From the NCBI GenBank assembly GCA_002633005.1, contig NMRA01000633.1, forward strand, positions 144,958 to 208,957: 64,000 nucleotides of DNA, read 5' to 3'. Each line of letters begins with the position of its first letter. Positions within the stretch are counted from its first letter, which is position 1. The DNA comes from Phoronis australis. Its lineage: Eukaryota; Animalia; Phoronida. Shown one piece after another: positions 26,676 to 40,033 of the stretch. A program made the position numbers and the translations under genes. The notes beneath the pieces are model-generated. The model ran no database searches, was not told the DNA's origin, and saw only the letters and a program-made list of their open reading frames with translations.

Positions 26676-27391
26676 NNNNNNNNNNNNNNNNNNNNNNNNN
26701 NNNNNNNNNNNNNNNNNNNNNNNNNNNNNNNNNNNNNNNNNNNNNNNNNNNNNNNNNNNNNNNNNNNNNNNNNNNNNNNNNNNNNNNNNNNNNNNNNNNN
26801 NNNNNNNNNNNNNNNNNNNNNNNNNNNNNNNNNNNNNNNNNNNNNNNNNNNNNNNNNNNNNNNNNNNNNNNNNNNNNNNNNNNNNNNNNNNNNNNNNNNN
26901 NNNNNNNNNNNNNNNNNNNNNNNNNNNNNNNNNNNNNNNNNNNNNNNNNNNNNNNNNNNNNNNNNNNNNNNNNNNNNNNNNNNNNNNNNNNNNNNNNNNN
27001 NNNNNNNNNNNNNNNNNNNNNNNNNNNNNNNNNNNNNNNNNNNNNNNNNNNNNNNNNNNNNNNNNNNNNNNNNNNNNNNNNNNNNNNNNNNNNNNNNNNN
27101 NNNNNNNNNNNNNNNNNNNNNNNNNNNNNNNNNNNNNNNNNNNNNNNNNNNNNNNNNNNNNNNNNNNNNNNNNNNNNNNNNNNNNNNNNNNNNNNNNNNN
27201 NNNNNNNNNNNNNNNNNNNNNNNNNNNNNNNNNNNNNNNNNNNNNNNNNNNNNNNNNNNNNNNNNNNNNNNNNNNNNNNNNNNNNNNNNNNNNNNNNNNN
27301 NNNNNNNNNNNNNNNNNNNNNNNNNNNNNNNNNNNNNNNNNNNNNNNNNNNNNNNNNNNNNNNNNNNNNNNNNNNNNNNNNNNNNNNNNNN
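26676..27391. other. Assembly gap (716 N)
   Basis: Run of n. Confidence 1.
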
Positions 27392-28812
27392 ATTTGAAAA
27401 ATTCAAAGTTGTACTCATATTTGTTTTCGCTCCTCTTTTCAAATATTACAGTAAAAACTACGTAAAACTCTCTCCATAAAAAGTACAGTCTGCTAGCTAG
27501 ATTGTAATCAGCTGATCATATCCGCATGAGCGAAGCCAATTATCCTCGCTCTTGACTCGATGACTAGAGCAGCTTGGCGGCATCCCTTTGAGCATGAGCC
27601 GAGCGCGTCTCAGCCAAGGTGGATAAATACGGTCTACTTCAATTTTCCATGTCACACCGTTTACCTTAATCACTGGGGTTAGGACCAATCTTATTTAGTG
27701 GGAATGTTCACAGCATGATTTAGAAATCTTTTCGGAGTGAAAGATTGCCAGCGGACGACACCTTGACCCACAATTTGCGCTATTGCGGCTTTTCTCAACC
27801 TTTACTGCTTGCAAGCCGGAAGTTGAAATTTTGCAGGAAATTCAGCGCCCGGATGCACGAAACAGCCCCAACTCAACTATTAGTTCCCTAAATCTATTGC
27901 GTATATGCGGGCCTGTGAAGTGAAATATTAACTCACCTTTTTTTATATGCTGTATGAGTCTCATTAGTTGTAACGGATGGAAAAACGGACAATAGACTTT
28001 GTGCAAGGTTTGTAAAGTCTTTGGTTCAGTATATTGTTCAGGTTTAGTACGACCTGTATTTTGCAGCTGTCAAGATCTGGTTTTTCATGCCCAGTAAATG
28101 TGGCACACATCCGAATAATCATGGATTAGAAAGTGGTAGATCCAAGAATACAGAGTTAGATGGGCAGAACCACTGATCTGCATCTGACAATAAACGATAA
28201 AAAGTGTGTGCGTGACAACTTATCATGTTGATGTTTAAATTTTTCAAATGACCACTTATTTACAGAAATTGGGAGAATATTAGGCAAAAATGAACCCCCC
28301 TCCCCTGGTATATCGGCTATTGCAACTCAGATTCACAGGATGAAAGCGACAGCTAACCAAGAGACAGCTGCATGTACCTGTGAGTAAGTGTGCATTAGTT
28401 CAACATGGTGGCTGATACTGGTGGTGACACATATTTAAAGGAATGTGACCCAGACCTGTTCATCAGCTGAAGAGATGGGTCATATCAGCTTGTGCCCACT
28501 GACCTGTGTTAGTTAAACCTAGATGTATATATGGAAGTCTGACAGGCAGTTTTAACTACAGAGGAGAGAATTGTATAGTTCCAGTCATTTAACTTGTATG
28601 GACAAGCACAGATAGTTTTATTGGTGAATAACATACAAGATCCATTCAAATTAATGTTACCCTTACAATTACCAAACTACTCACATGACTTCTTCAGATG
28701 TACCCCAAAAATTCTTATTGTGACCATCAACACACATATTGTTGATAGAAACTTTACTAGAAATGTGTGAAAGAGCTCCCCATGCAAGCTCATTTTAAAG
28801 TTACCTTGTAGA

Positions 28813-28989
28813 AGAACAGTATAACCTGAGTGTAATAAGATGGCGGTCATAAGGCAGAACAGTATAACCAGAGTATAATAAGATGGCGGTCATAAGGCAG
28901 AACAGTATAACCTGAGTGTAATAAGATGGCTGTCATAAGGCAGAACAGTATAACCTGAGTGTAATAAGAAGGCGGTCATAAGGCAGAAC
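28813..28989. repeat. 43-bp tandem repeat x4 (agaacagtataacctgagtgtaataagatggcggtcataaggc)
   Basis: Directly visible, period 43, with no unique spacers. Confidence 0.95.
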
Positions 28990-31655
28990 CCATGGTTTCC
29001 ATAACTGTATCAATACAGGTTTCATAACTTAATTGTTGAATTGTATTTTGCATCAATGGAATTAGAAGTCACAGGCATATTTCACCTTAATTTGCCTACA
29101 ACCCATGTGTACTCTCATAACAGCGAAATCCCACAAGATCGTGCTAGGAACTCAAATTTCAGAATGCTATACCAAGGAATTAATTTTATTGCAACTGGTA
29201 AAACTGATTACCAAAGGCTAACATTACTTTACTTTCCAAAAACATCAAATATACAAAGCATTTTTAAACCTTAGGCCCCAATAATGTAACAGTAAGCAAA
29301 CAATACTGAGCCAATATGATAGTAAGCAAACAATATTGAATCAAGGTAACAGTAACCAAACAATATTGAGCCACTATAACAATAAGGATGATCATTATTT
29401 TCGTAATTACTCAAAAGTTCAGAAAGGAGCAATTAACGGATATTTATTAAACTTGGTTCACTCTACTGAGTCGGGAACAAAAACAGAAGACCTTTGGCTA
29501 TCAGTGCTGCGCAGCTCTTACATTTGTGTTTGAAATATGAAGACAAGCCGTGTGTCTTATCCAACACTACAGAGATAATGGCAACCAAAATACAGTCATT
29601 CTACTTCATTTATAAAAGCCGAAATTCACTTTCTTCTATTTTTCAAAAGACACTAAGCTGCACATAATGGATTCTTGGTAGAAGTTGTTTTAGGACATCT
29701 ATACAGCCTAAACCAAACTAAAAAACAGTTTACCATAAACTCGCGGGTTGACACCCTGGGCGCCTAAATTAGGAAACCCTAAGACAGGGGTTGGGCGATT
29801 ACCCGAGCAGTGGGCTCTTAAATCGAAAATTGGCAAGTCGGATTGTAACTGTTGTCACCAGTATGGATGGTGACCGTTCTTCAGGCATAGACATATGATA
29901 AAGTGTATTTGAACAGTGGATACTCAAGTGAAAAATAAATAGCAATAAAGATTCCAGGAGAATGAACTCAAGATATGACTAGATGGAGACTGTATTGTTA
30001 CCATGGAGACTGCTATGAGAGGGCACGGCCAAAATCACACTGATGAGATAATTTGCACATTTTAAAGGGAAACGTTTAAAAAATTAAACTTCAGTTAAAA
30101 AATCTGACCCCCAATATACTATTCCAATACACAGACACCAAATGTCCAACAAATATAACATTACATCTTTCTGCGAGATCAAGGTTCATGTTTTGCCAAA
30201 AATATGTAAAATGAGCCAATGTAATCATTTGCTACGAAATCATTTCATGCAACCGACCCAAAACACAAGAGTGTCACTAGTCAGTCAAGGTGTGACAAAA
30301 ATGGTTAATAAAGTACGTTACAGGTTGTTACCACTTAAAAATGCCCATCATCAACTTTTGCAACACAAAACAGCTCACCGGGTAAGAGCGGAATCACATG
30401 TTGATTCCGGCAGAGCAGCAACTTGACATGTATTCCTTTAAACTAAGCGTACAGCGACAAGGCAACTGGCAGACTCAGTTTCTAACAACGTGTACACCGG
30501 TAATTTAGTGATTGTGAGAAACTAGGCATCCCAGTTACCCTCAGTCACGTTTGCGCACTCATCGAAAACGACTGGTAGTGACTGAGTTATAACCATTGAA
30601 GAGTACGCTAGGAGGTGCTTGCAATCACGTGACTTACAAACAGACTTGTGTATATTTGCCGCTGTAACTTAGATATTTGGGTTAAGTTATGTACTTTCCA
30701 TCAGTATTCCTTTTTATGCAATAGATCAGCTTTCTTTACATACAATCCTTAAGATCAAGTTTTGAGTAAATATCCACATTTCAAGGAGAGCATAGTCCGC
30801 AGAATTGGTCCAAGCTATAGACATCACATTATAATGATGCCTAATTGATCTAAGCATATTGTTGTTTTAGTGTAAAATTAGGTCACGTGACCATCACATA
30901 GCCGTTAAAAGGTCACCACTAGTTGCAGTGAGGCAGACATCGGGTTAGACCAGCGAAACTGAGTGGAACCAGTGGCAAGAAAGCAGAACATGTGCAACTG
31001 ACGGCAACTGAGCAATCAGTGGTACGCAGTCAGTGGTATGAAGATGCACATCACAAACCAATCAGTTTCCATCAATTGCTCTCAGTTGTCGGTTAACCTC
31101 TTTACAACTGGTTGTGTTCAGTTTTAAGGCCTATGTACGCTAGGCTTTAGGTCTAATGTTATTTAAAGTCCAGAGCACCTTTAAAGTCTTTCATATGAGT
31201 ACTTTTTGCTTCTACAATTTTCCAAAAACTAAAGATATCTTTACAAACATGGGACACTAACACAAAAACAATACCAGGGTTTCCCCTGGGTGTAAACTTC
31301 TGGGCAGCCCGCCACTCTCCTTTATGGCCCTGCCACTCGTAAATCGTACACAAATTGACCGCTACACACCCAATCGTGATGGGGAAACTTCACTGCCACG
31401 CAAAAATCGCTAGTAAATATGATTGCTAGTAAAATGGTCCCTACGCTGGCCAACGCCAATCCACTATCACTGATTTGTTTAGCAATACGATATCAATGGG
31501 TGTTTCGTGACACGAATTAGTTTATTACGTCTACAAAGTTCAAATATTTTTTGTTCTATTTTTGTCACTTCGTGGATAATTGAATTTTAACATTTTTTTT
31601 GTACTGAAGTGCAACAGAGATCACACTCATGCGGGACACTTCATTGTCAATTAGT

Positions 31656-31827
31656 CTTGTGAAGTGTCCTTTACCCAGATACTTCCACTACATAATGCTT
31701 GTGAAGTGTCCTTTACCCAGATACTTCCACTACATAATGCTTGTGAAGTGTCCTTTACCCATATACTTCCACTACATAATGCTTGTGAAGTGTCCTTTAC
31801 CCAGATACTTCCACTACATAATGCTTG
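31656..31827. repeat. 42-bp tandem repeat x4 (cttgtgaagtgtcctttacccagatacttccactacataatg)
   Basis: Directly visible. Confidence 0.95.
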
Positions 31828-32199
31828 GATTAAGGCCTTGTCTCCACCTAATTACATCTAATTTCCACACATTGCCTGGGGAAGGTCTCCCAATCCCTCC
31901 CCCCCATGGGAGGATCTCACTTCATCCCATGCTCGCATGTTACAGAGCCGGGTTCCGCATCCGTGTCAAGCATTCACCACCACGCTCCTTTCAAAACCCA
32001 GGCAATAGGGGGATCCCACTTCTCATATTTGCGTGCGGTAACGGGCTTTGCACCCCATTTTGGCCATTCACCACCCCGCTCCTTTCAAAACCCAGGGGAA
32101 ACACTGAATACAATCATTAGATTAAAATTTTGTTTAATTTACATTCTATAATGTGGTCCAACTGTTTAATTTTAACAAGTTGAATTCTACTAAGAATAA

Positions 32200-32915
32200 C
32201 TAGATGACACTTTTGACATAACAAAACTTTTCAGCACTTTTTTGTGACGGATGTACGGCACCATGATATCCAGGAGTTGGCTTTAAACCCCAATAGGTCG
32301 ACAATCTACGGGTCAAGATATTTGTTTATACAGTTTAGGATTCATGTGACTGCACAAATTTGATAATATAGTGAAATACCCATGTTTAGCTTATTTATGA
32401 CAATAATTCGCAGCACACAGAGTCAAGTGACCCCCAAAATTGGTTCCATTTAAGAAAAAAGTTACAGGAAATTCAAGAGAGACTGAGCTTTCAGATGAGA
32501 CCATCAGACCAGAAATGCTACTCTAGTCACAATTTTAATTTTTTGTCTTTGGGTTGACCTTTCATGGAATTGCCCAAAAATAGCCACTAGATAGCGCAAA
32601 ATACATCAAATTCATCTGAAAACGGGAGGTTAGCGTCACCTCACCAATAGATACCTATAAAAAGTCCATAAAGGACCTTTGAAGATACAGAGGCAAACAT
32701 AAATAACGTAACTTGCCACTAGGGGACACACCGGTAGTCAAACCAGTACGAAAATTTGCTCACGCCGTCTCATTCATGAAAGGAACATATGTACAAAATT
32801 TCATGAACATACATCTCAAGGTTTTGGAGATAGAGCAGCCGACGTTGAACGAATGGCGGACGGATGCCCGACGGACGGACGGACAGGGATTACAACATAA
32901 TGCGCCTACTTAAAA
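32200..32915 (+). mobile_element. HINE/DINE-like element fragment with terminal (GGAC)n microsatellite
   Basis: ...aaaatttcatgaac...ggttttggagatagag...cggacggacggacagggattacaacataatgcgcc. This is the typical 3' architecture of Helentron-associated elements; the 5' boundary is uncertain. Confidence 0.4.
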
Positions 32916-33239
32916 AAGAAAAATGGTCGACACGTCACCAACAATAGGCTTCCAGCTACTCACAAAAAAATACTGTGCATAAATTTCATGTTGATCCGAT
33001 AACAATTGCGATGTGTGGCGTGCAAACAAAGAAACAAAGATGCAAAAAATCTAATTTTATGGCAATGCAACATATTTGCAGAAATTTCAAAGCAACATAC
33101 TTGCAAAAATGTCATTTCACTAAGTACTGAAAGACCTCTGAAGAGTGACACTTAATTGGTGAGATCGAATAAAAATTCAAACGTAAGATCGACAACAAAG
33201 CCAAGAACATAATCAACTATGAGCTTGGCACTTATTACA

Positions 33240-36051
33240 CCAAGTCATTACGTACATAGCAAGTCATTACATAGCAAGTCATTACATAGCAAGTCATTAC
33301 ATAGCAAGTCATTATATAGCAAGTCATTATATAGCAAGTCATTATATAGCAAGTCATTATATAACAAGTCATTATATAGGAAGTCATTACCGTAATCGTT
33401 CGGGTTAACGCCCTGGGCGGTTAAATTGGCGAATCCAAAAACTCGAGGAGGGCGGTTAACCGAGCAGTGGGCGGTTAAATCGAAAATCCACCTAAAGTAG
33501 GGGATGGGCGGTTAACCGAACATGGGCGCTTATTACGACAGACAACCGCCCTAGGCGGTTAATCTTACCTGGCGATCTAAATCCCGACACGGTAATCATA
33601 CTCGGAACGCGTAGCCCTTTTCAAAGAGCTTTATCGTCACGTCGCATAATGACTGTGAAAACGTCATAACAGCGGAGGATCCCAACAAAGGTTCTCTTGC
33701 CCTCAGATTAGTCATTCACAATTAAATTTACAAAATTGCTGAGTAATAGCCGTCCTGCGGTGCGCAGACCACCAGTCACCACGCAGCCTCCACTAGAATT
33801 AAAACTGTTTCAAGATGTGACCCTGCTTAAGTGCGCGCGTGCAAGCTTCACGTGTTGCAGAGGTCAGACATCAAATTATGGTTACAGTCTCGTACTATAT
33901 GTAGCTGTCAAGTTCGGAGTCAGAGAGCAGTTTTAAAATTGGTTGTAATAAAAGTTTGAAAAACTTAACTCTGCTGTTTTTTTGTGTTTGGGATGTTATA
34001 GTCGACACTCCGTGACTCAATGACATTTTCAGCGTATGGTTCTGCGGCTAGCTGTCTTATCTCGACAGCCCGGCATTGCTCTCTTGCCGTTGCGCCAAAC
34101 ATGCTATGCAAAGAAGTAAGACAAGGATCCGGGGTGGTCGAGCCAGTCGTCGATCAAGAATAAAATTTCAAGCAACTGCATAAATATGTTACAAAATGTC
34201 AGAAAACAGCAATGTTTCAATTCATTATTCTAAACGATCACCTTACCAAACTTCGTAGTGGAAAAACATTTATTTTTCATGCAAGATGTCCAGATTATCC
34301 TATTTATATCACTTGTAATATCGCACTGCGGCACTGTTCGGTCCCGCTGTTATTGCGCAATGTCTCAGTCGGCTGACAATTGTGACTTGGAAATGCCGTC
34401 AAGTAATATAACGGCCTCTTTCAATATGCATCTCGTTTTTTATGGCCAAAGATAGTGGCGGTATTCAGCACGCACGTAGGGCCTACGTGTGAGTCACCTG
34501 TCAATCACATGTTGGTGTCAAGGTAACATGTACTCCAAAGTGTGGGAACTTGCGCACGTGCACCACTACAAATCAGTCACACATAGCGACAGCCCGACGA
34601 AGTAACAAAAACGGGCGTGACTATGTACTTTTAAGCTGTTGTTACGAAAGACCCAGTTCTTTACGATATTCCTCCGTTGCCAATGTTACCCAAAACTGAG
34701 ATGTCAAGTCTATTCCCATATTTCCCGGCTCGATGCTCCCTATGCCCATGCGTGAATCTCCCCACTATCGTCAAGCTGTCTACGTCGTAGATATTTCAGA
34801 CTCGAATGGTAAGAATTTTTGTTCAGGCTGAAAATGGCCAATGTATGAACAAAATTATTCTGGTTGGCTAAAAAGGGGATGTGGAAACGATAATTCACAC
34901 AATCACGCTTACGTGGGGGCTGACGCAAGAAATAGTAAAGAACAGCCAGCGACATTAGTTAAATCTGCTAACCAGTTTGACTGAGATGCAATAAGCGAAA
35001 AACAAAATTTGATTAGCCGTTTTTTATTACTTGAAGATCATACACAAACATACATTATTGCCAACGTTTGAATTCAGAAATCGACAGGCAGCAACGAAAT
35101 CGGTAACCCAGTAGGGCACTTGTACTGTCCCTTCGGTCGCCCCACATCCTCTATAACCCGGCAGTAATATTCATCGAAATATTGAGAATTTGACATCTTT
35201 CCGTGAGTTGTGAGATTTGTTCAAATACGTGAGCTTCCCACCTTAATAGAATTTGGAGGGTTGGCAAAACCATCATCACATTTGTCTGGCCTGATTTTTT
35301 CGAATAGATGTTTTATCTAGTGCACTGCAGACGGAAACTCAGCGCGGCAGACAAAGTCGCTGAAAGCGGAGGTTTTGACGCCGGCGGCGTTCTTAAATTT
35401 AGCAAACAAGGGAAAAAAATAAAGTGACAAAAAGGTTCAAGTATAATATTTTGAAGTGAGTTCATGACCCAAGACAATAACTCGTTACCTGTATTGTAAT
35501 TCAGATTGCTAAACCACCGTCTCTGAGTCGCGGCGTCGTTGCACTCGTTGTGATCATCGATCTTTTTCTAAAAGTCGGGGAATCGCGCGTTTCCTTAGCA
35601 CTAGGCCATAAATCTTCATTCTTTAAAAGTCGGGGATGGGCGCTTAACCGAGAGGTGGGCGCTTAACTGGAAATCTTCAAAAATCGCAGGGGGGCGCTTA
35701 ACCGAGCAATGGGCGGTTAAATCGAAAATCCACTTAAAGTCGGGGATGGGCGGTTAACTGAGCATGGGCGTTAACCCGAACGATTACGGTATATAGCAAG
35801 TCATTACATAGCAAGTCATTACATAGCAAGTCATTACATAGCAAGTCGTTACATAGCAAGTCGTTACATAGCAAGTCATTACACAGCAAGTCGTTACACA
35901 GCAAGTCGTTACACAGCAAGTCGTTACACAGCAAGTCCTTATATAGCAAGTCGTTATACAGCAAGTCGTTATATAGCAAGTCGTTATATAGCAAGTCATT
36001 ATATAGCAAGTCATTATATAGAAAGTCATTATATAGCAAGTCATTATATAG
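33240..36051. repeat. 15-bp minisatellite (atagcaagtcattac/at), split by the family B insertion
   Basis: Arrays at 33240-33389 and 35790-36051 flank the element at a TA within the unit. Confidence 0.92.
33390..35789 (+). mobile_element. pogo-like non-autonomous DNA transposon, family B copy 1 (2400 bp)
   Basis: ta|ccgtaatcgttcgggttaacgccc ... gggcgttaacccgaacgattacgg|ta: perfect 24-bp TIR and TA TSD. Repeated subterminal aaagtcggggatgggcg(g/c)ttaac motifs. No long ORF. Confidence 0.92.
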
Positions 36052-38340
36052 CCCGTAAGGATAAAGGATCGCTCCGCAAACATTGTTCAAAAATTGGCTG
36101 TCACAGTGCCATCTTGCATCCAATTTCGCTCAAGACCCAAAGTCCTTAGGCTATTGAATAAATTTATGCACTTTCATGTCTTTCAGGCGAAAAAAAGCGA
36201 TTTCTAGCTCAAATATGGTATGGTAACAAAGTGAAGATATAAATAACTTGTCAACAACATCTCAGAAGTAAATCTCGAATATTGCAAGAACATCAAGTTG
36301 TAGCAAGAAACGGGTTTCACAATATTAATAGCTATTGAAAAATCTATCCTCATACTAAATTTCAGACAGATCCGTCAAGGGATGCCAGATACAGACCAAA
36401 AACTCAGTTATTTGGAAACCAGTCTTCGGAAAAAACTTGAATAATTCCAGAATGGTAAGAGCTGGAGAAAAACAAAATTAGACACCTGCGATAGCTCTTT
36501 AGATAGCCTTTCTAAGGAAAAAATCAGAATAATCCCCACCAGAAATAGCGGGGCTATGATTCCACAACTAAAAAATGGAAAAATGGCCGTAATGGCGCCA
36601 TCCTGTTTCCGATTTTAAGGATATCTCCAACCTTAGTTAGTGGCCTCCATTCTAACTCCTATGTCAAAAAAACTAAGCTTTGTCAGCTAGTAAAAGTATA
36701 TATTTTCTGAAAGAACAAAAACCAGAAAATATAAACTTTTTGTATTTATGTGCAATTATTATTTTTACGTAAAAACCTTTCTGAAGTCAAAATTTCATTT
36801 TTAAGAAAGGTACATTCATAGCAAAATAACCCCTTGGTCGATTTTAATGAAATCTTTTTTAACTTTCACCAGTTACCTCAAAATTACCGTTAGGAATTTT
36901 CGATTAGTCTGTTCGTTTGGTTTCTATGACAAAATTACAAATCAACTCGCAAAACATAAGGTATTTTTGTAAAAAATTGAAGTCATATTCGTCTTTGCCA
37001 CATTACGCAAAAACTAGAGCTTTATTAAAAAACCTAACAGCGTTTTTGAGATTGATGACTAAATATTAAGTTTGGAAAGTTTCAGCGAAATCCATCCAGC
37101 TATTTCACTGTTCACTCGCAATGTCAACTGATTTTGCAGTGCGTAACTAACTTAATTATCATTAAAACCTCAAATAGACGTATTGTTCCCAGCCAACTTT
37201 TACTCTTGTTTACGCCCTACTTTCTAAGTAGGTCACACTTCATAGCCTGTACACGTCACGTGCGGGGAGACTGATACGAAATCAAGTAAGAAATGGGTTA
37301 CAAAAATCAAATCGGTGGTTAAAGTATGTCGTTAGCATGAGCTCTAAACATCGAAATGTCAACTCATTAACTGAATTAAGGAATTAGGGTGAGGATTTAT
37401 CTCTTTTCACAACTTTCTGTGTTCATGACCACAGACGCCTGAGGCGCCTCGTAGCATTCGTTTTCAACGCCAACGGTCGTATGCATGTAGATACACAACT
37501 CTCTTAGGATCAAAACTATCTTTTGTCTTCGTTTCCCGGCACCATTCTACCATAAGTACACCTCGTTGGCTCAATGTTACGGCGACTGAAAGGACTGAGG
37601 GTATGTGAAGCTGTTCTGTACCTGGCGGGAGATTCGATTTAATTGAAAGCTCTTTAACCTTTGACCTTGGATAAGTAGTAAACAAATATCCACAAGGTTG
37701 TGCAGTTACAAAGTGGTTCTGCTAAATCTTTTGTTTCTCGCTAGGCTGTAAATATTTTGTATTTGGAGTTCCCCGAGAATGAAGATAAGGTATTTTGCTA
37801 GACACAAGTGAAATATTGTAAAAATGGCCAATTTTTGTTCATAAGGTTGGAGATAATCTTAACCAAAAACAATAGTCTTTGTTGTTCAGATAACAACTGC
37901 AATCTCTTGCGTGTGAACAAAGAAACAAACAAAGTTTATGATAAAGCAACATACCTGAACAAATTTCATTTCACCAAGTAAAAACAAAAAACAAATTTAT
38001 GATAAAGCAAGATACACAGCAAAATTTTATTTCACCAAGTAATTACAATAGCGACACAGACTTAGAAAAAAATTTGCCAAGGATGATGACAGTATTTGTA
38101 AGGCCCAGAGCAGACCACAAAAGCATCATACCAGTAACAGCAGCTGCAATACAAGTGTACATTCCATGTTTTGCTTTATTAATTGAGACTAATGAGTTAC
38201 AGAGCTCTAAGCAAGCCAACCATTGGTGGCATGCTATTGCACACTTTAAAACATCTGACCATGACTTGACATTCTTGGGACACTTGTTGAACAACCTGGG
38301 AATCACTTTGGGTGGCCATTTGGAGTGTAGGCCAGCCTCC

Positions 38341-38469
38341 CGTTCAGTAACGCTAGGACCTAGCTAAAAAGCAAGACTTCGCGAGATTACGTGAGATATT
38401 GCCGTGCATTTCAAATTAGAACACGTGACTTTGACTAGGTTTTAGCTAGGTCCTAGCGTCTACTGAACG
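38341..38469. mobile_element. ~130-bp hairpin MITE
   Basis: cgttcagtaacgctaggacctagctaaaa ... ttttagctaggtcctagcgtctactgaacg. Confidence 0.7.
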
Positions 38470-40033
38470 CACGCCAGCACTGTCTACCTGATTTATGAAA
38501 ACAGCAGGGGGCAACATCTGTATCCTTAAAAGACATTGGTTTTCGTGGTAACAGACAGAATTAACTGGATCACAGTTGTATCATGGAATACCGTGTTTCA
38601 AAGAGAATTCAAATATTTCAATAGCAGAAACAATAATTCTTGAATTGATGGTTTTCAATAGTCGAACATCAAAAACATAATCCTCCAAAATCATTACCTT
38701 AGACCAAATTCAGCAATAATTCAACTAGAGACAATCGCTAGTTATAAATTCTCTCTGAAGGTGGCACCTGTTTTTTTCCAGTTTTTGCAAGTTGAGCGTG
38801 TAGCAAGTACAGCTGCAGAACAGCAAAGAAAAGTTCAATAGAGATACCATACCATTTTTATGGCACTGACTTGGTAATTGGTATTTATTACATTGAAATA
38901 GAAAATAGAGTTTGATAATTTAAAAAATGGAAATACAGAATTTTCGGTTAACTAAAATATCTGCTTTTACAAACTGAAAGCCCTTGTGTCCATAGGCTAT
39001 ACTTCATGTGAAGCACCATGTTTACCCATCAATACATTAAACTAGGCACATAGGATCACTAACTCAAATATATAGGGCAAGCTTTGCTGCAGAAAAACAT
39101 CACCTTTTGAAATTCTATATAAAACGCCCAAGAACAAGTCACAAAATTGTCATTTGTTGATTTTTCTATGACTGTATGCTTAACTACAAATACGCAATCA
39201 AAATTTTGGTCATCATAGTTTCGTGACATTGAAGTATGGTTCTATGATAGAACGATAGGACAATGGCAATAACAAAGTAGACGGTCCCCATGATTCTATG
39301 ATACTGTGTATTAAACTGGATGAACATTTATTCTAACTTGGAATTTTATTCACCCCCAGGCAAAAGGAAAACCTAAGAATAAATAACTGTAACACACAAT
39401 TGACCAAAGAGTGTATAGATGGAAAGTGATGCTTACACAAAGGAGAAGTCCATACTGTCAGGCTATTATTTACATTCTTGTCTGTCTCTATGGATGTCAA
39501 GCTGCTTTCAGAACTGGCTGGTGCCATTAAGAAAGTGCTAGACAAATCAGGAGGACATAAAATAATGGACCATAAGAGCAGACTTAGTCCCTGGAGGTCA
39601 AGTGTCAAGGGTTATCTATGTGAATGACTCCTGCATTATGATATTCTGAAAAATGTCCAAGGGAGTAAGCGGGCTTCAAAATTTTCAGCAGCTGCATTTC
39701 TCAACAGAGGGATGGAATTTCAAAAGTGTTCAACCAATGTTTTGGATGTTTTGAACCTTTTGGCATCAATTTCCTTTCAATTATTTTTGTAATTTGGTGA
39801 CCTAATGCAAGTACAAAATATAAAAGAACTGAGTCATATATCGGTTGCAATACAGTAAAGTTGACAGGGTTAATTTCAATGTTAAAGCAAGTTGCAGCTA
39901 TCCTTAAGAACAACTTACATAAATATTAGTCCACCCAATAGTTCTAAAACTAATTTACAGATGACCTCAAGTGACACGGAACACAGAACACAGCTAAAAA
40001 TTCTTCAGTTTGCAGTGCTCAACTTGGCGACCT

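Noticed and set aside
26633-27479. 246-276-aa ORFs
   Set aside because: They consist of X residues from the N gap.
28813-31827. 42- and 43-bp repeats as CRISPR-like arrays
   Set aside because: Head-to-tail tandem units with no unique spacers, no cas genes, and eukaryotic intronic context.
35734-36123. NDLLY/NDLLC pentapeptide-repeat ORFs (also MVHNT at 44072-44584 and VKCPLPRYFHYIML at 31629-32120)
   Set aside because: Translations of 15-bp and 42-bp tandem repeats.
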